Assembly: GCA_013265495.1 (NCBI GenBank)
Contig: MU061560.1
Location: 248,001-312,000 of the forward strand
Direction of reading: 5' to 3'
From: Vicugna vicugna
Lineage: Eukaryota
DNA: 64,000 nucleotides
Under the pieces are notes generated by a model that saw only the letters and a list, made by a program, of their open reading frames with translations, was not told the DNA's origin and searched no databases. This document shows, in pieces, positions 1 through 12,799 of this stretch. Positions within the stretch are counted from its first letter, which is position 1. Every line of letters begins with the position of its first letter. The position numbers and the translations under genes are program-made.

Positions 1-450
1 AGTGTCCCCGTAAGGGCTGCTACCGGGCGCTTTTACACATCTCTGTTGTTTTTCTGAAAATCGAATATATTGAGACAATTCTGTGATTGTAAAAATGTGG
101 AACCTCACGTGCAATGAGGCGCTTGGTCGTGAGCAGCGCCGCGGTGGCCCCCGTGTTGCGTCGTGTCTCGCTGTGCTCAGCCCCCGGCCAGGCCGTTTCT
201 GTACAGCTCCGTCCTCCGGGTGAGGAACCGAGATGCTCCTAAACGTGACTAAGCGTAGGCCTTGGGTGATGTCCGTGCTCATGTCTTCTCTGTGGTCACG
301 GGCTGGTTTCTAAAGAACCACAGCGGTCATACAACTGTACGTTCTTGTAAATTGTACACAACTTAATCACACATGTAACTTTGTAATAAGTTACATAAGC
401 CACACTACTTAGTATTCCAATGCGACCTTGTTTCTGTTTGTTTGTTTTTT

Positions 451-556
451 GGTGATAATGAGATTGATTTTTTTTTTTTAATGGAGGTACTGGGCATTGA
501 ACCCAGGACCTCATGCATGCTAAGCACGCATTCTGCCACTGAGCTATATCCTCCCT
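451..556 (-). mobile_element. vic-1-like tRNA-Ala-derived SINE
   Basis: Minus strand reads GGGAGGATATAGCTCAGTGGCAGAATGCGTGCTTAGCATGCATGAGGTCCTGGGTTCAATGCCCAGTACCTCCATT, then an A-rich tail. Confidence 0.88.
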
Positions 557-2949
557 GCTTCCAACCTGCCTTTTATGTGTTTCTGTATGTGTTGTAGGAG
601 AATCCATTTTTTCCCTGAAGTTAGATATTCTTTTCTGTTGCTACATTTGTATGCTTTGTCAAAGAAGCATTGTCAGAAAATCATCTGAAATGCAGCACAA
701 GCAAGTTGGGGCTTTAGATGTTTTAGGTGAACCAAGAAGAAAAACCAGTGTGAGAGTTAAAAAGATGCAAAACCAGAATAAGGGCAAAACGTTGACCCTG
801 TCTGACGTGAGAGAATTCCGGTCACGTGATCCTAAGAAGCGCGAGTAACCCATTTAGTTGTTTATAACCAGTCCCGCGGAAGTCCTGGAAGATCGGTTGG
901 GGCTGTCTGCAGGTTTACTCTAGGGAAGTGAGAGAAAAAAGTACGTATTTTCTTCTTGACCTTGAGAATTTAGCCTGGTTTCGGGTGTACCAGCAGGAAG
1001 ACCCTAGGAGCTGCCCGGCCATTTTGGGGAGGCACGTGGATGAAGATAGGGTTAGGAGGGCTGGGCTTTGGGCCGAGTGTATGGTGGTCTGATATCCCAC
1101 TAGCGTAGAGGTGTTCCCACAGCTTATGAAATAGAGGAGAGTGTGCAGTCTGCTGTCCAGGGCCAGTGGTCCACAGAGGAGAGCCCTCTCTATAGAGAAG
1201 GAGGCAGACCAGATTCCTGCGAGATTCACTGCCCCTTCTGTCTGAGCGTTGCCCCGTCATTTTCATTAGAGCCCTTCCTTGTAACCTTAATATAAACTGT
1301 ACTGTGCTGCTTGGCAATTCTGGTAAATCTTTTGCTTCAGCAAATACTCCAAAAAATGTAGGATCGGCTGGCTGACTGTCTTTGGGGTAGGCATCAAAAC
1401 AGATGGGTGGTGGCATTGTCAGAAAGATGGTAGCAGACGCAGTTGCCTAAAGATGTAAGGGTTTCTTGATATGAAAGAATATTGAGATTCATGTGGCTGG
1501 AAATTTCTGCACAGAGCAGGTGGCAGGGAGTGTATTCCGGTGCAGAAATACGGGGTCCGGCTCCCCCAGAGCGCCTGGTACAGAGGTGCAGCTGCCGCTC
1601 ATGGGACCCGCACAGATCCCGCCAGCAGACAGCCCCTCACCTTCCTTCCTAGGCAGCCTTTGCACCCTGACGGCCCTTCTGCTTTTTCTGGAGCCCTCGG
1701 CCGAGTGCCTCCTGCTCACCAGGTTCAGCCCATGAATTACTCCTGCACGCTATGATGATTGGATTGAGCTACAGCTTTGCCTAAGTCACATTTTTCCTTC
1801 TTATTAATCAGAGACACGCACACACCAACCCAAGCATTGTAACTTGCATGCACTTACTGCCAGATGAGGTGAATTGAAGGTCATGTTCACAGGCATCCAC
1901 TGTACGTTATGGTTACCTCGTATTGGGTGGTGAGTAGCCAGACTTGATCAGATCCTGCCCGGGGGAGTCTGTGAGACAGGGAGGAAGGAACAGAAGTGCC
2001 TGTGGTGGAACAGAGCCCGAGAGCAACTGAGTGACGCAGTGAGGAATCTCTGATAGACTCAGGTTGAGGGTGTCTTTGCCTCTGCCTACATACACATCTG
2101 CCTCTTTCTTCCCTTCCTCGCTGTGCACCATTTTCTCCTTTCCCTCTGGCTATCGTGGACGATGGATGCGCCATGCTTCCTGAGATTGCATGTCTTCTGT
2201 TTACAGTCAGCAGAGATGAGGGTGTTTAGATCCCAACTGCAGCTGCCAAGGAGAGGGAAATCGCTTGGCCCCCGTGGGATCAGGTGTGGCTGTTGGTCCA
2301 TTTGGCTACAACCAGGGAGAGAGATTTGTGTGTGGGACCCAGTCCTGAGAAGCAGACATACGAACAACGTGAGAATAACTTCTCGTATTTAAGGAGTTAT
2401 TTCTGTAGGCTTCTTATCCTAATCTTTTCTTTCTTTATTTTTTTCTTTTGAGGAAATCAAACCCACTTCCTGTAGTAATAATATCATCAAAGACATGCAC
2501 AGTTAGATTTGATTGCTCATCTGATACCTGGGTCTGAGAGAGGATTGTTCAGCTACATTCCAGAAGCTTCAGTAGTAAAACTGCTCTTTGTAGATGAGTC
2601 CACGAGGCCCACCAGGCAGAAGAGGAATTTCAGGAGCCTTAATTCAGTCAGGGCTTATCAGACCCCCAGGGCTCAACTCAGAGAGGGGATTCGAGTCTCA
2701 CTCAATCCTTAGATACTTTGAGGAAATTCTCCTAGTTCGTGATGGACCTTATTACACAAAGTCAATACTATTTTTTTTTTCTCAGTGTTGAATATTCTAC
2801 GCCTAACACTTTTAGATTACTTCCTTCTTCCCTGGACTTCTGTGACACTACTCTGTTCTCCGCATAACTCTCTTCCTCCGAAGTTCCCCAAATGCTCTTA
2901 ATCTCCCCGCTCTGTGGGTAGGGACCCAAAGTAGCCCTTCTTTTTCACT

Positions 2950-3830
2950 CATTTTTATAAGTTTCTCCAGTGTCTTGGTGTTGGGGAAGCTCATTTCTAG
3001 CCTTGACCTCTTCCATAACCATTTTTTGGTAGATACGGTTGCCAGTTGAATGAGAACTCAGTGGCATCATGTCACGTGACTACTGACATCCCCGTAATTT
3101 TGTCAGCGTCGGTGAAATTCTCCCATTTTACCCAGGCTTAATGCCATGAACTCATTCATCTTTGACAGCTTGTCCCTCCCTGAGCCCCACTACCAAGTCC
3201 AGTTGAGTTTTTCTTTGCAGTGGCTGTAGGAATCCTTCGTCTTTTCCATTTCTGTTGCCGTGGCCATTGACCAGATTCTCACTAGAATCTCTTCAATATT
3301 CTCCCGAGAAGTTTTTTGTTTGTTTGGTTTTGGTTCTTTTGGCTCTTGTTTTGTTTTGTTTTTAAACTTCTGGTTTAGTAAGTAGTCCATGGACAAGATT
3401 ACTTGAAGGATTACCCTGAGCTCCGTTATAATCACAATCTCTGGAGTGGTCCGAACATCTTGAAAAATAAAGGCAAGATTTATTGCAGAAACATTCGCAG
3501 GCGATTCTCATGGGTTTGCTGAGCATGCACTCTACCACTTGAGCTGTACCCTCCCCCCAGATCAGTTCTTTAAATCCCACTTAAGTCCTTCCTTGGCCAG
3601 CAGCCTCCTCCTGTTTGTCAGGTCAAGGTCAAGCTCCTTAGTCTAGCAGTCAACGCTCACTGTTCCTTCATGTGCGCCCTGAACTCCGAGCAGCCAGTGT
3701 TTCCTTCATCTGTCACGTTCATATTCATTCTGTGACTTTGTAGGGCTTTCTTAACTTCCCTCGAGACCCACCGTCTCTACTAAACATGCCCAATGAATTC
3801 AGCTCATTCATATTGTTCTTTCCTTTCCCC
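2950..3830 (+). mobile_element. Degraded L2 fragments, interrupted at about 3310-3560
   Basis: Pyrimidine-rich L2-like wording (e.g. aaggtcaagctccttagtctagcagtcaacgctc). Recognised by eye only. Confidence 0.45.
3517..3558 (-). mobile_element. 5' half of a vic-1-like SINE fused to unrelated sequence
   Basis: Minus strand GGGGGGAGGGTACAGCTCAAGTGGTAGAGTGCATGCTCAGCA, then homology stops in the anticodon loop. Confidence 0.8.
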
Positions 3831-3842
3831 AAATTTCCTGCT

Positions 3843-3982
3843 GTCTTATCTCTGTACTGCTGATAACGCAGTACTTGATTGTGTGCTGTCTTGTATGCAT
3901 AAAACCGGTCTTATCTCTGTACTGCTGATAACGCATGCTGATAACGCAGTACTTGATTGTGTGCTGTCTTGTATGCATAAAA
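3843..3982. repeat. Tandem duplication of 62 bp with a nested 13-bp duplication
   Basis: gtcttatctc...gcataaaa at 3843-3904 and 3908-3982; tgctgataacgca is doubled in copy 2. Confidence 0.95.
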
Positions 3983-5808
3983 TCTTTCCTATCAAAATAG
4001 ATTTTCAGTTTCTTAAGAGTAGGAAAGTCTTTGATATCCTGTGTACAGTCTAGCATAGCCGGTTCTAGAAATCAATGTAATCATACACTAAATAATGTCT
4101 GTTCTGATGGATTGTGGATACACCTCCTGCTTTATCCTGTATCCAATTAAAACGATCCCATTTAGGGTTTTCTCCTAATTCAAGCATTTTACCCCATGCT
4201 GTTTCTGCAAATAGGCAGAGAGATGAGCAGCTGTGAAATTAACCTTTTAGCTTTCCTTACTTGAAATGTGATTAAAAAAAATAAGTTGTGGTTTTCTTAA
4301 AATCCAGTATCTTGAATGACATTTATTATTTTTTAAGTTAATCAACATATTTAAAAATGTCTTTATTTCACAATGCAGACAGGGCTCTAAAAGCAAATGT
4401 GAATTTTGTCCACAGCTGTACCCTGTCAGCCACTCACAGTCTGACTGCATTATTTCAAAGGCATAGCCATCATTTACACTCTTTATTACCCAGGGGCATT
4501 TCAAACTGTTACTGAGATGCATCCATCCCTAGAGTAACCATCTGTGAATTGTAACACCATAAGGTGGAATGATGAGCGGCTACATCTAATTAATATGCAA
4601 AAAGAGAATTTCAGCTGTCCAGCTATGCAGACTAAAATGCAACCGTTAGTCTGCTGAGTATTCCAACTAAATTTTTTATCATAGTATCTAGTTCAAGAAC
4701 CTGTTGTTTTAGGATCCTCAGAGAGAAATAGAGCTTTCTTCGCCACCGAGATAAGGACATCTCAAAATGAAAGGATCTTCTTTAATAAATGTTTATTGTG
4801 AAAAATTCAAACTCTACAGAGAAAGGAAAGGCCATGAAAAATGCCAGGAGACCACCCTTGTTGCTGTGAAATATCACAGTAGAAGCCCTTTTCTTTTGTA
4901 CGTCTGCTTGCACTCCAAAATCCCTAAGAGGTAATAAAAAAAAGAAAAGGCAATGCTTTATTTTAATGTTTCAACTGCACTGAAAGAAGAGAAACTATTG
5001 GGAGCAACATATGTTAAGATATGAAGATATAATCGCTTATATTAAATGGGTTTTATAACAGTGACTTAAAATCTTTGAAAGTTTTCTCCCCCTTTATTAC
5101 ATGTAACCGTGCAAGTGTCTTAACTTAGCTGTCTGGCTGGATGTACTCTGCCCTCCCGGAGATGCCAGCCCGTTTGGAATTATCTAGGAATCCTGCAGAC
5201 CAGCTCAGACTTCAGAAAAGTTGTTCCGTGGTGATTTATACGTCTGTGTAATCTGGAGAATACTACTTTTAAAATGTAGTGAGGTCTAGAAATAGCCCCA
5301 CCGTTGCTCCTCACTGAGAGATAACTACTTTCCTGAGGTCTGCCCGTCAGCCTGTGACAGGAGCATCAGTCTGTGACAGTCCCAGCTCCTGGGATGCGTT
5401 AATAACGGGACGTAGCCGGGGTGGGGGGTGGGGGCGGCTTGAGCCGTGGCTCAGGTTTCCAGCTGTCATACTGCTGGAGCCTGAGGATGTGCTCAGAGTC
5501 ATTGAAGGGAAGCACAGCAGGGGTTCTCTTGGCTCGAGACGAGGTCCTCTGGGAGGTCACTGTTAACAGCACTGTAGGACTTATTTGGCATTGGAAACCC
5601 AGACCGTTTCCCATATAATTTTAACTTTTTTTTTTCAGGGCTCTGTATACTTACTATCCTTTTTGGAAGAGCTGTTAGCTGCTTGTCAGTTTACATTTTG
5701 AAATAATGCCCTGATGACATCTCTAAGCAGGGCATGTATGTATTTCAGAACACAGATGTTTTGATCAACCAGCTTGTGACACAAACCTAGAAGCAGGCGA
5801 GGCTCCTT

Positions 5809-5892
5809 ATGTATGTGTGTGTGTATACACACACACACACACATAAGGCGAGGCTCCTTGTATACACACACACACATATATATATATATATA
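5809..5892. repeat. Compound (TG)n/(CA)n/(TA)n microsatellite
   Basis: Read directly from the sequence. Confidence 0.9.
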
Positions 5893-6026
5893 TTTTTTTT
5901 TTCCTTTGGTGAGGTGGGGGTAATTAGGTTTACTTATTTATCTTTAGAGCAGGTACTGGGGATTGAACCCAGGACCTCATGCATGCTAAGCATGCGCTTT
6001 ACCACTTGAGCTATCCCCTTCCCCCC
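5893..6026 (-). mobile_element. vic-1-like SINE
   Basis: gggggtaattaggttt...gtactggggattgaacccaggacctcatgcatgctaagcatgcgc...gagctatccccttcccccc. Confidence 0.9.
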
Positions 6027-6489
6027 TGCTTTTTATATTCTTAATAAATTATTTGAAAATTACTTGCATTCCAGAAAAACTCCAACTATTTGAATTCTCC
6101 TCTCCAAACAGGGAAGATTCTACAAAATTGTTCTATATACACACACGTGTGTGTGTGAGAGAGATTTTGTTTTGTGTCACGTAGTGTGTGACAGCTGTGT
6201 TTAAATGTGTGGATGAGACACTGTGTACTAAGTATGTGTGACCCTGTCTATATCTTAAGATAACTACCCATTTGGCAGTACTGAGATTGTAACATTGTGA
6301 TCCAAGAATAAATCTCAGGAAATCCTTACCTTTTGGTTCTCAAAACAGTTTCTCAAAAATGATGGTAGTGTTTATACTGAGTAAATGCTATTGACTATTA
6401 AGAAGACAATAATTGTGACAATTACAAATCAAGTAACATTTTTGTAGTCAAGCTAATTCTCTGACTGGCAGATTACTTTTTTACAATTG

Positions 6490-6900
6490 GTATATCATTT
6501 AATCCTCACAATTATCCTGTAGCATAATTGTTATCTCTGTGTCTATTACATGGTAAATAATTTGCCTGAGAACAGCCAGCCAGCAAGTGGGAGGAGGTAG
6601 GACCCAAACCCAGATTTCTCAAACATCAAATCCTGTGCTCTCTTGTGCTGTGTTGTCTTCCAAGAAAGAGAGTTGTAGACTGTAGCTTGGACTCCTAAAT
6701 TAGTTATTCCTTAAATCATTTATACAGTATAGTTTAGTTCAGTGTTTTAGAGCATGGCTTCTAGAGTAAAAATGTGTGTGTTGAAGTTCTAACGTCTGTT
6801 ACTTGCTAAGCTGTGTGGAGTTACTTAACATCCCTGTGCCTCAGTCTTCTCATTTGTATAATGTGTATGTTAATAGTAATTCCCACCTGGTAGGGTTTTA
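6490..6900. mobile_element. Two MIR fragments (about 6490-6640 minus, 6745-6900 plus)
   Basis: tcatttaatcctcacaa and gttacttaacatccctgtgcctcagt MIR core motifs. Confidence 0.65.
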
Positions 6901-7026
6901 TGTATTTGCTTATTTATCTATGTATACATTATACATCATTTCTCTCTAAATGTATAACATAGACGTATATATATTTACCCCCTCCCCCCAGGAGTGTATC
7001 TGTATATAGAATGGGTTAGTATGTAT

Positions 7027-7247
7027 CCGTGGTTGTTAACTGGGAGTAATTTTGCCCCTCTCCTTCCCTGTCCCCCACCTTGGGAAACATCTGGCAATGT
7101 CTGGAGACATTTTTGGCCATCACAGTTGAGAGTTGCTACTGGTGTCTACTGTCCACTGCTGATGCTTTATAATGCACTGGACACCCCTCCAAAATGAAGA
7201 GTTATCTGACTCCAAATGTCAGTGAGGGCTGAGGTTGATTATCTCTG
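7027..7247. mobile_element. MER20-like hAT-Charlie MITE
   Basis: acatctggcaatgtctggagacatttttgg...ccaaatgtcagtgagggctgaggttga resembles the MER20 consensus. Confidence 0.8.
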
Positions 7248-8256
7248 GATTAATATAAATTACTGTCAATCTGAATACATTTGTGTATACTGTACACACA
7301 CACACACAGAGAGATACAGAGAGAAGGACAGACACAGATATGCAAGCATACACTAAATGAGTTAGTAAATATGAAACACTTTGAACTGTTGCCTGGAATA
7401 TAGTGACTGGTATGTATGTGTTAATTATAATTATTATTTTTCTAAGTCAAAATTCTGGTTTTCACAGACTTAACAAATAATAAAGTTGGATGTTAACTGG
7501 CCCTTATTTTTAAAATGTTAGATACTGATTCAGCAGATGAAAATCTTCAGAAATCACTCTTGTCTACTACTGTGATTATTTTGAATCTAGAGCCTTGTTT
7601 TCAGAGATGAGTACTTGACCCCTGCCTCTGTGGGTCAATTTGAATTTCATTTTGTGCTTATGCCTTTTGATGGTACCCTTCATGTACAGATGCAAATGCA
7701 GATGAAGGGCCCAGGCTCACTCGTATGGATACTAAGAACTCTCCTTCCCTTAGACTGGGTGACGTGTCGGTGGGACAGACTTCTTTACCTAGGAGCAAAT
7801 GCAGGTGTTCTGTTATTGTTTTGAATAGTTTGTATTAACAGATTTTCAGACCCATCCCTAAGCATTTTGGGGGCCTAGGACAAGAGGACAAAGGGAAGCG
7901 CACCCCCACATTCTGTGTCTAAATATTAAAAGTGTTAAATCAAGGGTGCTCCCCACCTTTTCTGGTTCTTTTGGAAGAAACCAGAATTCCTGGGTACTCA
8001 AGGGTACCCACTGTGTGGTACCAAGAGCCATCTGATCCTATATCTTCTTGCCAGAATATCTTTGTCTTCTCAGCATGACAGTGTATTTCCTAGATATTTT
8101 CTCGGTCTCTCTTTTTGTCTTTCTGCTTTTTATCTCTGTCTTCATTGGCCACAGCTCGGTGAATTTCACCTTAGAAATCTAGTTTTCACCTACTCACATT
8201 AAAAAATTTTTTTTCACATATTCACTCCATTGTCATGATTAAGAGCGTGGATTCTG

Positions 8257-8820
8257 TATTTACAACAGCTAAGGCATGGAAGCAACCTGAATGTCCATTG
8301 ACAGATGATTGCATTGGATAGAGAAACACACAATGGAATACTTACTACTCAGCCATAGAAAAGAATAAAATCATGCCATTTGCAGCAACGTGGATGGACT
8401 TGGAGACTGTCATTCTAAGTGAAATAAGCTAGAAAGAGAAAGAAAAATAACATATGATAGCACTCTCATGTGGAATCTAAAAAAATGACACAAATGAGCT
8501 TATTTACAAAACAGACAGATTCAGAGACATAGAAAACGAACTTATGGTTACCAGGGAGGGAAGGGGGTTGTGGAGGGATAAATTGGGAGTTCGGGATTTG
8601 TAGGTACTAACTACTATATATAAAATAAACAACATGGTCCTACTGTGTAGCACAGGGAGCTATATTCAATACCTTGTAATAGCCTATAATGAAAGAGAAT
8701 AGGAAAAGGAATTATATATATATCTGAATCCCTATGCTGTATACCAGAAATTAACACAACATTGTAAAACGAATATATTTCAATAACTAAAAAATAAAAG
8801 AAAAAAGAAAAAGAAAAAAT
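8257..8820 (+). mobile_element. 5'-truncated lineage L1 (ORF2 end plus 3'UTR) inserted in a MIR
   Basis: gcatggaagcaacctgaatgtccattgacagatga...A-rich tail. TSD agagcgtggattctg (8242-8256) and agagcctgggttctg (8821-8835). Confidence 0.92.
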
Positions 8821-8835
8821 AGAGCCTGGGTTCTG

Positions 8836-9385
8836 GAGACTAACTGTCTGGGCCAAATCCACTATTTGCCTGGGACTGGCCGTGTGATTCTGGGCAAGCT
8901 TACCTTCCCTATGTGTCATTCTCTGCATCTGCAAAATGGGGATGGTAATAATAACACTTTGGAGGATTGTTCTGAGGCCAAATGAAAATACACACGTGGA
9001 GTAGGTAATAAGGGTGGCCTCCCCTACATCTGCACCTTCAGAACCCGAAAGGCCTTTGGCCAAATAAAACAGATGTCACAGGGTTTATTTAATTTTAGTT
9101 TGACCATCAATTATTGGGTACCTCACTGTGTGCTAAGGTTCGGGGCAGTCCTATAGTTCAGTGGCTATGGTGTGGGCTTTGGAGTCAGACCGCCTAGTTT
9201 AAGATCCTGGCTCCTTCATTTACTGGCTGTGTGACCTTGGGCATGTTATTTAACTTCTCTGTGGCTCAGTTTCCGGATGTAAAAGGAAAAGAAAAATCCT
9301 AGCAACACGTTAAGGTGGCTGTAAGAACTAAATGAGTTCATATGCAGAAAGAATCCCTCTGGCACATAGTGAGCACTCAACAGAT
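8836..9385 (+). mobile_element. MIR fragments (about 8836-9010 and 9160-9385)
   Basis: tgggcaagcttaccttc...aaaatggggatggtaata and gtgaccttgggcatgttatttaacttctctgtggctcagtttcc. Confidence 0.75.
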
Positions 9386-9673
9386 CCTAGCCATTCATCT
9401 TTATGTTCTTATGATGGCAGATTTGGCCCCTGTCCCTCTATGCAGAGAAGCTCATGTAATTTATTTGCCGACAACCCTCCTTGAGTCTCGTGAGGGCTTT
9501 GCTTCTGACTCTGTGCAGCTTTCACACTGGTGCAGAGTGCTGTTCTAGCCTCTATGACATCCTGCAGTGTCATTTCATACTCCCTCCTCTCTGTCTCTCC
9601 TGGTTTATGAGCTCTTCAAATGCAGGAACTTGCTGTTCTTTGCCTAGGACTTTGCACAATGCCTGCCACTCTT

Positions 9674-10311
9674 TTTTGTTTTTTTAATTGAGTTATAGTC
9701 AGTTTACAATGTTGTGTCAACTTCTGGTGTACAGCACAATTCTTCAGTCATACATGAATATACATATATTCATTTTCATAATCTTTTTTACCATGAGCTA
9801 CTACAAGATATTGAATATATTTCCCTGTGCTATACAGTATAGATTTGTTTATCTATTTTATGTATACCTGTCAGTATCTGCAAATCTCGAACTCCCAGTT
9901 TATCCCTCCCTCCCCACCCCCCGGCAACCACAAGTCTGTATTCTATGTCTGTGAGTCTGTTTCTGTTTTACATATAAGTTCATTTGTCTTTTTTTTTTTT
10001 TGGATTCCACATATGAATGATACCATATGATATTTTTCTTTCTCTTTCTGGCTTACTTTACTTAGAATGACATTCTCCAGGTCCATCTATGTTTCTACAA
10101 ATGCCCATATTTTATCATTTTTTATGGCTGAGTAGTATTCCATTGTATAAATATACCACACCTTCTTTATCCAGTCATCTGTTGATGGACATTTAGGTTG
10201 TTTCCATGTCTTGGATCTTGTAAATAGTGCTGCTATTAACATTGGGGTGCAGGTGTCTTTTTTTTTTGGTGTCTTTTTGAATTGGGGCTCCTTCTGGATA
10301 TATGCCAAGGA
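9674..10311 (-). mobile_element. 5'-truncated lineage L1
   Basis: T-tail followed by L1 3'UTR and ORF2 end. Perfect 13-bp TSD gcctgccactctt (9661-9673, 10312-10324). Confidence 0.95.
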
Positions 10312-10759
10312 GCCTGCCACTCTTGGTTAAAAATGCTTAAGAAATACTTGTTGAGGGAGCGAGTAAAAGAATGGACCCAGGGATATGTGTATGTGTGTAA
10401 TTTGTACACCATCAGACAAGTTTGTTTTGCCAGTTTTCTGGCATGTAGACCACCCAGCAAGACGGATGTTTTTGGCGAGGCCAGATGGGGAGAGTAGGGG
10501 ACAGAGAAGTTGCCAGTTAGCAGGCTGCTAAGGAAAGAAGAGAGAAAAACCACAAAGAATATAGTGGCCTAGGGCTATTTAATATAGAATTCTGCCTGTT
10601 TACCTGGTGCTTTGACATTCTTCCCGGCTTACCTGCCACCCCTGTGCCCAGAGAGGAAGCAGGGCAGTTGGTTCCTACCTGTAGTTGGGGTTCTTCAAGA
10701 GGAGTCGCACGGCTGCCCACTCTGAACATGGAGATTTCCGTGTCCAGGATGGGTTGGGA

Positions 10760-10975
10760 CTGACAGGCTGAGGTTCGAATCCAGGCTCCACCATTCCTGG
10801 TTGTCACTCTTGCCAAGTATTGATCTCTCTGAGCCTCAGGTATCTCACCTACAAAATGGGGACAATAGTGCCCAGTCGTTGTGAGTTTAGATAACAGGTG
10901 GGTGTGTCACCTGACATTCTAATGAAGCCCATGGGTTAGTCTGGCACATACTTTGTTTTCAACAAACGGTAGGTT
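10760..10975 (+). mobile_element. MIR
   Basis: ggttcgaatccaggctccacca...ctctctgagcctcagg...aaaatggggacaatag. Confidence 0.7.
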
Positions 10976-12543
10976 TTATCCTTCCGCTGCCGGGTCCCAG
11001 CTGCTGGATTAGCGCGCTCTGGGTGTGAGCCTCTTCTGGCACCAAGCCTTCTTTTACCAGGCAGCCCTGGCCAACCCCCTGGACATGACTCCCACAGCAA
11101 GGAGGGGCCCTTCCAGCACGCCTTCTACTGCCCTTTTTGACAAGAGGTGCCTAATAACCGGTGTCGTTAAAAAAAAGTTTTATATCAAAAAAGTTGAGCT
11201 CTTGCAAGCTAAGCTCTCTTTTAAAAGCCGTCGTACACCTCAGTAATATTTCCATAAATGTGGTTCAAAGTAAGCACTCTTATTGAGGTGTTGTGTATTT
11301 ATCTTGAAAATAGAAGTGCCTCACTGTAAAAAAAAAAAAAATTTGAGCCTCAGTCTAGATTTTGGACAGTCAGGAAGTATGAGTTTTTCAGTATCAAATT
11401 TGGGTTAAGAAGAGCTAGATGACTTAAATTTGTTTTAATCCTTATAATCTGATAGGAATATCTGAATCATCTTGAAATACAGTGGAGCCACTTAAAATTG
11501 TTTTTGTGTTTCATATTCATTCATTCATTCATTCATGTCACAATTTACGGTTTATTATGTACAAGATACTGAGATGGGTAGATACTGTGTTTAATGGTGA
11601 AGCACATTTTTGTATAATTTATTTTCGGGTATTGCTCATTCTTTCTTACACATACACGCGTGCGTGCATAATTAATTTCCCTTTTCCCCTTATGTAATTA
11701 AAAGTGAAAATAAATGAGGGTAGATAATGTTTCAGTTGTACTTAAGCTCTATCCAAATTTGCTTTGTTTGCAACAAGGCTATGATATAACCTTATAAATA
11801 TCTTAACATCATTTTTTTTAAAAAAAGCTATTTTGACAGGGTAGGTTAACTATGACTCTGTGAGCAACATCTCTATCTTTTGTCTAGAAACCTTAATGAT
11901 ACAGTAATACCCAGTATTGTCCATAATCTGTTCACATCCAGAAAGAAAAATGATTTGAGTGTCATTATGTCTTCAGAGTCACCTAAAATCCAATCTTTTA
12001 CGTGACTTACTGAGCCCTCCTACGTGGTAAAATGCCTGAGCTTGAAGACACCCGTTGCCAAATCATTACCCATCATAGTGCCGAGTAGCAACCCTTCCGA
12101 GCTGAAAGCTGGCATGCCGTAGAAGTAATGAAAGGGAGCTGACACTAGAAAGAACATTAGTGAAATCAATAGTATTCAACCAGAGACAGAGCCTCCATTA
12201 ACGGTATGTCAATATGACCAATTACTTCCCACAGCACTGACATCATAGCTGTATTTTTTTTTTCTTTGTCTTTAGGAGAGAATAGTTTTGCTTACCGTAA
12301 TTGTTGAATTGTAGCCATTTGCCAGAACGTCTTCTTGGAAGTTTTTTGCATTGTCATCATTACTTCTTTGAATTTGTCTTTATTTGATATCTAAACTCCT
12401 GATCGTAACTTACTTTAGTTTAAAGGTTAAGATCAAATAAACTGGGCTAAGTTTTCAGTAAGTTGATATGAAATCTAGAAATTGTTGATGGTATTCACTG
12501 CCCAGGGTTAAGACAAAACAGGGAGAACTTTAAGAGTAATCAG

Positions 12544-12674
12544 GGGAAGAGGGGAAAGGTGTAGTTCAAGTGGTAGAGCGCATTCTTAGCATACACAAGG
12601 TCCTGGGTTCAATCCCCAGGACCTCCTCTAAAAATAAATAAACCTAATTTACCTCCCCCACAAAACAACCAAAA
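12544..12674 (+). mobile_element. vic-1-like SINE (first of a tandem pair)
   Basis: tRNA head, aaataaacctaatttacctccccc tail, flanked by aagagtaatcag. Confidence 0.9.
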
Positions 12675-12686
12675 AAGAGTAATCAG

Positions 12687-12799
12687 GGGGAGGGTGTAGC
12701 TCAAGTGGTAGAGCTCATGCTTAGTATGCGTGAAGTACTGGGTTTGATAAAATAACCCTAATTTACCTCTCCCTCAACACAAACAAAATTAAAAAAAAA
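12687..12799 (+). mobile_element. vic-1-like SINE (second of the pair, internally deleted)
   Basis: ggggagggtgtagctcaagtggtagag...; lacks the ccccagtacctcc segment; flanked by aagagtaatcag. Confidence 0.88.

Noticed and set aside
100..310. CpG-rich patch as a promoter or island (similar patches at about 13030-13270 and 19490-19990)
   Set aside because: Short, with no exon or promoter features I can support.
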